64,000 nt of DNA from Oscillospiraceae bacterium. Lineage in GTDB: Bacteria > Bacillota > Clostridia > Oscillospirales > Acutalibacteraceae. The notes beneath the pieces were generated by a model. The model searched no databases and was not told the origin of the DNA. It worked only from the letters and a program-made list of their open reading frames with translations. Below are positions 30,009-36,202 of the stretch, piece by piece. The stretch spans positions 2,216-66,215 of the forward strand of contig SVPB01000001.1 of assembly GCA_015066065.1 (NCBI GenBank), given 5' to 3'. Numbering within the stretch: position 1 is the first letter of the stretch; every line of letters begins with the position of its first letter. Both the position numbers and the translations under genes were made by a program.

Positions 30009-31070
30009 ATGGAGATACAAACAGAAGAACAACGGCAGGAATACGCGCGGCGGCGAGCTAGACGTCGTCGGATGTACCGTGTCCGCCAACGGTCCATTGA
30101 ACTTGCCGTTTTACTGGGGATTGTGGCCGGTGTGGTGGTGCCTATATGGCTCTTTTCCGGCAACACCGTTGCGCCGTCATCTGGCCCAGCTCCGTTGGCT
30201 TCGACAGCGGCGCCTACTCCTGCACCGGTCTATCCGGCGGTGACGGCGGATACGTACACGCTTACCGATGAGGTGGATGCCAATCACGCCATATTGGTGG
30301 ATGTGACCGATCATACGGTGGTGGCCTCCAAGTCACCCGATACGGTTTGCTTTCCGGCCTCGGTGTCAAAGGTTATGACCCTCTTGGTAGCGGTGGAAAA
30401 TATCACGGATTTTACCGACACCTTCACCATGACCTACCATATCACCAACCCTTTGCATGAGGCAGAAGCCACGGTAGCCGGTTTTATTTCCGGGGAAGTC
30501 ATCGTTCTGGAGGATCTGCTGTACGGAGTCATTTTGCCCTCTGGCGCAGACGCTTGTCAGGCGTTGGCGGTGTATGTGTCCGGCAGTGAAGAAGCCTTTG
30601 TGCAGAAGATGAACGATCGGGCTAAGCAGATGGGGCTTAAGAATACGCATTTTGCCAACACCAGCGGCCTGCACGATCCTCAGCACTATACCACTTGTGA
30701 GGATATGGTCATCATCTTGAATGAGGCTATGAAGAACCCCCATTGCCGGCAGGTGCTCTCCACCTACCAGTATACCACCGCGGCGACAACACAGCACCCG
30801 GAAGGTCTTTTGCTGACTAGTACCATGTTCAGCCGTATGCGTGGCGATGAACCGGACGGCGCTCTCGTGATTGCCGGTAAAACGGGCTACACCAGCCAGG
30901 CCAGACACACCATGGTAAGCTACGCGCAAGGGGAGAACGGACACGATTACATATTAGTGACCATGGACGGCTCCAATCGTTGGAAGGCGACCTACGACGC
31001 TATTGATACGTACACGATGTTCTGCTCTTCAGCCGGAACGACCGGCACAGCATCGACGACCACACCATAA
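30009..31070 (+). CDS. D-alanyl-D-alanine carboxypeptidase (S11 family)
   Basis: N-terminal TM anchor, SxxK (SVSKVMT) and KTG (AGKTGYT) motifs. Confidence 0.85.
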   Translation: MEIQTEEQRQEYARRRARRRRMYRVRQRSIELAVLLGIVAGVVVPIWLFSGNTVAPSSGPAPLASTAAPTPAPVYPAVTADTYTLTDEVDANHAILVDVTDHTVVASKSPDTVCFPASVSKVMTLLVAVENITDFTDTFTMTYHITNPLHEAEATVAGFISGEVIVLEDLLYGVILPSGADACQALAVYVSGSEEAFVQKMNDRAKQMGLKNTHFANTSGLHDPQHYTTCEDMVIILNEAMKNPHCRQVLSTYQYTTAATTQHPEGLLLTSTMFSRMRGDEPDGALVIAGKTGYTSQARHTMVSYAQGENGHDYILVTMDGSNRWKATYDAIDTYTMFCSSAGTTGTASTTTP

Positions 31071-31111
31071 AAAACGACGAAGGCGATCACGGTCACCTTC
31101 GTCATTTTTTT
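31070..31111. terminator. Bidirectional terminator
   Basis: GACGAAGG / CCTTCGTC stem flanked by A5 and T7 runs, between convergent genes. Confidence 0.7.
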
Positions 31112-31490
31112 ACAACACGTTATGCAACAGAGGTTTTTCTTCTTCCTGTATGATTTGCAGCTGCAGCCGGAGAAGCTGTATCCCTTGATGCGTTTTGTCG
31201 GTATCACCGTATTTCGCTGCCAGTAACAGGGAGGATGCCGTCTCACGGGCCTCCTCCAGCCCACTGTGGTTCATAAAGCAAGGGAAAAGCCGTGTCTGTT
31301 TTTCATAATCATCTACAAATACTTCGATCTCATTTTTAAGGTTTTCTGCGGTTTCTTCGGCCAAATGATGTTCAATATCATTCAACCGGACGATTAACCG
31401 ATCGATCTGCCGGTGCTGATAGACGACAGATCCCCAGCATAGCACCAGTATGCTTATCAGCAGTCCCCCGGCTATCCATAGTCGTTTCAA
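31110..31490 (-). CDS. DUF4363-like small membrane-anchored protein
   Basis: N-terminal TM plus helical domain. The usual downstream partner of DUF421 genes in Clostridia; overlaps it by 4 nt. Confidence 0.65.
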   Translation of the reverse strand: MKRLWIAGGLLISILVLCWGSVVYQHRQIDRLIVRLNDIEHHLAEETAENLKNEIEVFVDDYEKQTRLFPCFMNHSGLEEARETASSLLLAAKYGDTDKTHQGIQLLRLQLQIIQEEEKPLLHNVL

Positions 31491-32191
31491 TGTTTCCCCT
31501 CCGATGCCGTCACATCCTTGTTTTTAAGCAGGAAGAAATCACCGGTTTTGGTGGCGGTCATGATAAATACGTCTTCAATGGTACAGTGCATTTTTTGCAG
31601 GGTTTTGGCAAGCCATTTTTCATCAAGATCGCACATTTGCAGTCCCCACGGCATACATTTTCCGTCGCTGATGACCACCATTGGCAGCCCGTCATCCTTG
31701 ACCTTGACGCCCATGTCCTCTAGCGTGATCGTTTGATACGGCGGATGACAGAAAGCGCTGATGTGCCCATTCGTTTCAACGATGGCATATTGCACATGCC
31801 GTATATCAAACACGTTTTCCTGCCGCAATGCCTCTGCCAGATCGTCCACCGTCATACGCAGCCGGCGCATGGCGGCTTTGTCAATACGTCCATCCTTGAT
31901 GACAGCAATGGGGGAACCGGCAACCGCTTTGGAGACGACGGGAAACTTGAGCATGAGCCCGGACAGGATGATTTCCAAGGATACCAGCACCAGTATAGGA
32001 ATGATACCATTAAACAGAGGTAACCCGTTGTCCTGCATAGGGACAGCCGCCAGATCCGAAAGAAGCATGGTCACCGCCAGCTCGGATGGCTGTAATTCTC
32101 CCAACTGCCGTTTACCCATCAACCGCATGGCTATCATAAGAAGGATGTACAATATGATCGTTCGAATGGCCGCTATTGCCATGGGCTTCAC
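31487..32191 (-). CDS. DUF421 (YetF-like) membrane protein
   Basis: 3 N-terminal TM helices, the GKRQLGELQPSELAVTMLLSD motif and a YetF C-terminal domain. Confidence 0.8.
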   Translation of the reverse strand: MKPMAIAAIRTIILYILLMIAMRLMGKRQLGELQPSELAVTMLLSDLAAVPMQDNGLPLFNGIIPILVLVSLEIILSGLMLKFPVVSKAVAGSPIAVIKDGRIDKAAMRRLRMTVDDLAEALRQENVFDIRHVQYAIVETNGHISAFCHPPYQTITLEDMGVKVKDDGLPMVVISDGKCMPWGLQMCDLDEKWLAKTLQKMHCTIEDVFIMTATKTGDFFLLKNKDVTASEGKH

Positions 32192-32274
32192 CTCTTTATT
32201 ATATATGGCTAGTGTATCCGGAAGAACGCCGATTATAACCGCAGAGAATTTCTGAAATTTTTTTCAATTTAGAC

Positions 32275-32303
32275 TTGACTTTTCGATATATAGGCTGTAT
32301 AAT
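32275..32303 (+). promoter_or_regulatory. Promoter of tRNA-Arg
   Basis: TTGACT, 17-nt spacer, TATAAT. Lies 25 nt upstream of the mature tRNA 5' end. Confidence 0.7.
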
Positions 32304-32328
32304 CTAATGCGTTGCCGATGCGGCACAT

Positions 32329-32405
32329 GCGCTCGTAGCTCAGTTGGATAGAGTGTTTGACTACGAATCAAAAGGTCAGGGGTTCGAATCCCTTCGGGCG
32401 CGCCA
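32329..32405 (+). tRNA. tRNA-Arg (anticodon ACG), CCA encoded
   Basis: Hand-folded 77-nt cloverleaf. Acceptor GCGCTCG/CGGGCGC, D arm GCTC..GAGT, anticodon arm TTTGA-CTACGAA-TCAAA, T arm AGGGG-TTCGAAT-CCCTT, G73, CCA. Confidence 0.95.
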
Positions 32406-32462
32406 AGCAAAGCACCACCTACGGGTGGTGCTTTTGTTTTTGCCCGAGGGATTCGAACCCTG
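32388..32462 (+). repeat. att-like direct repeat, copy 1
   Basis: Consists of the tRNA 3' 18 nt, a terminator hairpin and an inverted T-arm-like 20-mer. Repeated at 32570-32643 with a single T-run length difference. Confidence 0.9.
32409..32441. terminator. Terminator hairpin after tRNA-Arg
   Basis: AAAGCACCACC / GGTGGTGCTTT 11-bp stem, TACG loop, TTTGTTTTT tail. Confidence 0.8.
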
Positions 32463-32482
32463 AGAGGGTGAGCGCCGTAAAG

Positions 32483-32506
32483 AAAACAGTCCGGTGGACT
32501 GTTTTT
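32483..32506. terminator. Second terminator-like hairpin in the inter-repeat spacer
   Basis: AAAACAGTCC / GGACTGTTTT stem with flanking A and T runs. Confidence 0.55.
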
Positions 32507-32569
32507 AGGTGCGAAGTCCGCCGCGGCTGCGCCGCAAGGACGCAAGTCACCGGCAGAGCCGGTGACTGT

Positions 32570-32643
32570 ATCCCTTCGGGCGCGCCAAGCAAAGCACCAC
32601 CTACGGGTGGTGCTTTTGTTTTGCCCGAGGGATTCGAACCCTG
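32570..32643 (+). repeat. att-like direct repeat, copy 2 (no tRNA body attached)
   Basis: 74 nt matching 32388-32462. Confidence 0.9.
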
Positions 32644-33559
32644 TGCAAAAGCAAGGTTGTCGCCGGAACTGAATGATCTGCTAAAGGTAGCGTATGATTG
32701 TCGAAAAGGGCCGATTGTTAAAAGACATTACAAAAATTGAAATAGCCACCAAGGGTGACTACGGATCAAATACGCTAAATGCGAAGTCCGTATCCCAAGG
32801 TGGCTTTTCCAGCACCAATGTATCACAAAATACAAGCGGTGTCAATCCCCAGTCTATGCAAACCGAGGGAGAAAATACACAGCATGCGGTGGTAGATCCT
32901 GCCGGGAGGCGCCGGGGTGCTGCCGTTAAGAACAACGCACCCACGTCACCGGACGATCGAATGGATGTGTGGCACAAGCTCCAAAACGAAATCATTTTAG
33001 GTGGGGCGCTGTATACGGTTACCTTTAACAACGACGTAAAAGAAAACGGACGCACGGTCAACCATACGGCCATAGAAGGCCTCCGGCTTGCTTACCGTGC
33101 ATCCGATGGCAAGAGAGTATCACAAAAAAGATCTCTTGTCAATACCCAGTCTATGCAAACCGAGGGAGAAAATACACAGCATGCGGTGGTAGATCCTGCC
33201 GGGAGGCGCCAGGGTGCTGCCGTTAAGAACAACGCACCCACGTCACCGGACGATCGAATGGGTGTGTGGCACAAGCTCCAAAACGAAATCATTTTAGGTA
33301 GGGCGCTGTATACGGTTGCCTTTAACATCGACGTAAAAGAAAACGGACGCACGGTCAGCCATACGGCCATAGAAGGCCTCCGGCGTGCTTACCGTGCATC
33401 CGATGGCAAGAGAATATCACAAAATAGATCTCTTGTCAATACCTAGTCTATGCAAACCGAGGGAGAAAATACACAGCATGCGGTGGCTATGATGTTTTTG
33501 GTAAAGCCGACGGCGAGAACCGCATCATAATTGTTCGCAGACAGTGCATTTATAAATAA
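32644..33559 (+). pseudogene. Unit V: 5'-truncated modular ORF remnant
   Basis: Frame 0 is open 32691-33443 and starts mid-module (GRLLKDITKIEIA). It carries the 99-aa tandem repeat and an in-frame TAG at 33444. Coding continues in another frame as GGYDVFGKADGENRIIIVRRQCIYK, with TAA at 33557. Confidence 0.5.
32820..33486 (+). repeat. 297-bp tandem repeat, about 2.25 copies
   Basis: Unit starts at 32820, 33117 and 33414. The two full copies differ at 9 of 297 positions. The period equals 99 codons in the open frame. Confidence 0.92.
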
Positions 33560-33566
33560 AACAAAA

Positions 33567-34215
33567 ATGGTAGAGGATTCCGCACTCCACCAATGCGTTG
33601 AACCTTGGCGAAACGTCTAAAAACGAAAGCGCAGTATCCTCTACCGACACCAATGTATCACAAAACACAAGTGGCGTCAATACCCGTTCTATGCAAGCGG
33701 TGCAAGGCGGCTACGACGTCTTTGGCAAGCTGATGACGTGTTCCGCAAGGATATCGCTGAGGATATCTATTTTCCCAAAGATCCGGAACTGGCGGAAGGC
33801 TTCAAGCGGTATATGGCCAACAAAACAAAGGACTTGCAAAATGGCCAAAGAAAGAATATACTTTTATATGTAGGGATGAACGCTTATTTCGTTGAGGCGG
33901 ATGGATATTTGACCGGCAACATCACCAAGGTGATGCCTGTTTTGGGGAATGAGCGACCGCTTCCGATGCTGAAGGAGGAATTTGAAAGTGTCACAGAAGG
34001 AAGAATTGACGGAAGTCGGGAAAATGTTGATGAAATGGCTGGTGACTTGGGGGTTCGAGTTCGACGAAGTGGTGTGCGTGTACACGGCGCTGGAGACGGA
34101 TCAGGAGAAGGTGGACTTGATGTACTATATGGCAGATCACCGGGAGTCGACCAAGTCGGACGTGATTGGGGAGATTATACGGATGAAGCGGGCGGTGGAC
34201 AAGACCTGGAAATAA
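33567..34215 (+). pseudogene. Unit W: frame-switching modular ORF
   Basis: ATGGTAGAGGA start at 33567, where frame 0 stops after 17 codons. Coding-like sequence runs in frame 1 (33574-33732, NVSQNTSGVN..SMQAVQGGYDVFGKL), then frame 0 (33732-33987, DDVFRKDIAEDIYFPKDPELAEGFKRY...), then frame 1 (33988-34215), ending TAA. Confidence 0.45.
33988..34215 (+). CDS. Candidate free-standing 75-aa ORF (hypothetical, helical)
   Basis: GTG 33988 lies 8 nt after GAAGGAGGA. VSQKEELTEVGKMLMKWLVTWGFEFDEVVCVYTALETDQEKVDLMYYMADHRESTKSDVIGEIIRMKRAVDKTWK has normal protein composition, whereas the overlapping frame-0 read-through is a G/R/V-rich out-of-frame type. Confidence 0.35.
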   Translation: MSQKEELTEVGKMLMKWLVTWGFEFDEVVCVYTALETDQEKVDLMYYMADHRESTKSDVIGEIIRMKRAVDKTWK

Positions 34216-34259
34216 TCGACGATTATATCCAGTTGCCAGACGGAACGATCACCAACGCC

Positions 34260-34412
34260 CCCATGGTGGAGGAACAATTATATTCACAACAGAACGATGA
34301 TGAGGATAGCTCGTCTCAGCCAGCGGCTGAGCCGGGCTTTTGTGATGCCCAAAAATGCGGTGGTGGATCCTGCCTGGATGCGTGGCAGCACCTCCGTTGA
34401 TCGCTTTGGCAA
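34260..34412 (+). repeat. Dispersed direct repeat, copy X (153 nt)
   Basis: Matches 35773-35924 with 5 substitutions plus one extra A in an A-run (34351-34355). Confidence 0.9.
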
Positions 34413-35746
34413 TCCCGTCGAATCCGCCCCTTTGCAGTCAAATGCAGCCGAGGGAAGCGTTGTAGACCTTTCGGAGAATAACGAGTTGTCACAGCGCGTG
34501 GATGGGGTGTTTGGAGCCGAAAAGTATAAAAGGGTCCGTGATTATATTTTAGGTTCCTTGGGCGATCAACCGTTTAGATTAAGCGACGGAACTGTGGCAG
34601 TGGTGGATCGAAGTGATGCGTTACATATTGCGAATAAGTCTGGAACGGAAAAACAGCGCAAATATCACAAATAAAACGAATCGTTAAGATGGCGACATTG
34701 TATGCGGTTGATCAGAATGCCAGCCATAACAAATTTGATAGCTTTCGTTACTATTTTGCGGATGTTCGCTACAGAGGCGAAGAGTACCCACTATTCTTGA
34801 ATGTTGGGCACGGGAAGGCTGATGGGCAATATCATCTTTATGATATTACCAAAAAAATAAGAGACACCGCCGACCGAATTAACGGTCTGGAGCGCCCCAA
34901 ACCAAACGAGGGCTACGCTCTAGAAAACGATGTCTCTAATGTTAGTATACCCAATGTTGACCAAATTGTCAAGGCAAAAGCTCCCAATGCCGATGGGGGG
35001 AACCATCTACGGTTTCATTCGCAGTATATCACAAAAGCGGGGGAACGTCAACGGAAGTGGTGATGGAAGTGCTGTTACAAAAAACGAAACCGACGGAGGT
35101 TTTCAGACCCAAGGGCAACTCGTTGTGCCAATGAGTGAAACGACCGACGGTTCCGCTGATATTATAGCGCAAAACAAAGGAGCTGTCAACACAGAGCGAG
35201 ATGGACAAAATGTTGACAGATACACCGCAAAACAGTATAATGACTTCGGTTGGGTGGCGGTAAATAACGTCTTGACCGGCAAGGAGCTCAAAAAGTTATA
35301 TAGCCAATTTGCCAAGGTGAAAGTCAATAAAGAGTACAGCTTTAAGAACAAATTGGGTGAGTATTTAATTCCTGTTGGTGATAAGTATGGTAGCATTGAC
35401 AAAATCGTCTACATCAAGGGGACTAAAAAACACCCGATTATCCGTCAAGTGGTCGTATTAAATAAAACACATCTCGAAAATGCCGAAAAGCACATTATGG
35501 AGGTTGTGAAGTATGAGGCAACAGGACTCTACTACGATGCGTTTGAAATTCATATGGCTTATGCAGGAGAAGGAATATTCAGTTTACACAAGGCTCTCTC
35601 TTTCCCTTCATATAGCGAACTTAAAAACGAGAGAGCAAGGGGACGAGATGGTCAAGGAACTCATGACAATGGTAGAGAAGGGGACGCCGGAGGCCGAGTT
35701 TCGGAAATTCGCTCAGGAGAAGTACGGAGTGACAATGGTAGGGTAA
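34263..35746 (+). pseudogene. Unit X: 493-codon ORF interrupted only at four homopolymer runs
   Basis: Modules: acidic leader, a nuclease-like module and an NFGW module. Segments run frame 0 (34263-34355), frame 1 (to 34653), frame 0 (to 35000), frame 1 (to 35627) and frame 2 (to TAA 35746). Switch points are A5, A5, G6 and A5. 1484 nt -1+1-1-1 = 1482 = 494 codons. Confidence 0.6.
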
Positions 35747-35772
35747 GCTCTCCTGATATCGTTGCCAACGAT

Positions 35773-35924
35773 CCCATGGTGGAGGAACAATTTTATTCAC
35801 AACAGAACGATGATGAGGATAGCTCGTCTCAGCCAGCGGCTGAGCCGGGCTTTTCTGATGCCCAAAATGCGGTGGTGGATCCTGCCTGGATGCGTGGCAA
35901 CACCTCTGCTGATCGCTTTGGCAA
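35773..35924 (+). repeat. Dispersed direct repeat, copy Y (152 nt)
   Basis: See 34260-34412. Here the A-run is A4 and the frame is intact. Confidence 0.9.
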
Positions 35925-35949
35925 AAACTCTTCCACGATTGATAAATAG
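35776..35949 (+). CDS. Unit Y: 57-aa stub duplicating the first ~50 codons of unit X
   Basis: MVEEQFYSQQNDDEDSSSQPAAEPGFSDAQNAVVDPAWMRGNTSADRFGKNSSTIDK. No convincing RBS, so it may be a non-functional remnant. Confidence 0.3.
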   Translation: MVEEQFYSQQNDDEDSSSQPAAEPGFSDAQNAVVDPAWMRGNTSADRFGKNSSTIDK

Positions 35950-35982
35950 AGGGAAGGCGCCAGCAATTGGCGCCTTCCCTCT
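35948..35982. terminator. Perfect 15-bp-stem hairpin at the right edge of the islet
   Basis: AGAGGGAAGGCGCCA / TGGCGCCTTCCCTCT with loop GCAAT. Lies between unit Y and the convergent DUF378 gene. Confidence 0.65.
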
Positions 35983-36004
35983 GCTCTTTTGCGTATGATT
36001 TTCG

Positions 36005-36202
36005 TCAATCGGCCTTTGCTCTGTCCTTAAATAACAGGGTAATGCACCACAGTCCGGCGAGAGCGACCACGGTATACACAATGCGAGCCAGCAAGGTGCC
36101 GGCGCCGCCAAAGATCCAGGCGACGATGTCGAATTGGAACAGGCCGATGCTGCCCCAGTTCAAGGCACCGATGATGGTGATAATGAGAGCCAGTTTGTTC
36201 AT
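36005..36202 (-). CDS. DUF378 small membrane protein
   Basis: MNKLALIITIIGALNWGSIGLFQFDIVAWIFGG matches the DUF378 pattern. ATG 36202 follows AGGAG. Confidence 0.8.
   Translation of the reverse strand: MNKLALIITIIGALNWGSIGLFQFDIVAWIFGGAGTLLARIVYTVVALAGLWCITLLFKDRAKAD

Noticed and set aside
32388-32643. Possible mini CRISPR array (two 75-nt repeats around a 107-nt spacer).
   Set aside because: There are only two copies. The repeat is far longer than CRISPR repeats and consists of a tRNA 3' end plus a terminator. No cas genes or leader are present.
32264-32740. Listed ORFs 32264-32545 (-) and 32357-32740 (+) spanning the tRNA and the att-like repeats.
   Set aside because: Their sequences are translations of the tRNA and its duplicated 3' end (for example GIRTPDLLIRSQTLYPTELRAH and RGSNPFGRAKQ). 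They have no RBS and lie over hairpins, so they are spurious.
32820-33486. Diversity-generating retroelement (template/variable repeat pair).
   Set aside because: The 9 differences are mostly A/G transitions in both directions rather than adenine-specific changes in one copy. The repeats are directly tandem and no reverse transcriptase is present in the window.
33567-33650. Retron-like or other ncRNA suggested by the 10-bp inverted repeat GGTAGAGGAT / ATCCTCTACC.
   Set aside because: There is no adjacent RT or effector. The stem is short, and the region reads as linker-coding sequence in frame 1.
33738-34400. Listed 220-aa ORF taken as one real protein.
   Set aside because: Its middle third (33985-34215) is G/R/V-rich out-of-frame-type sequence, while a normal-composition frame with an RBS overlaps it. 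Its last 15 codons follow an extra A relative to the duplicate copy. It is therefore a chimera of three coding frames.
34351-35627. Programmed ribosomal frameshifting as the explanation for the breaks in unit X.
   Set aside because: There are four shifts of both signs within 1.3 kb. No slippery heptamer with a downstream stimulatory structure is visible at any of them. Run-length error, slippage or decay is more parsimonious, though this is not excluded experimentally.
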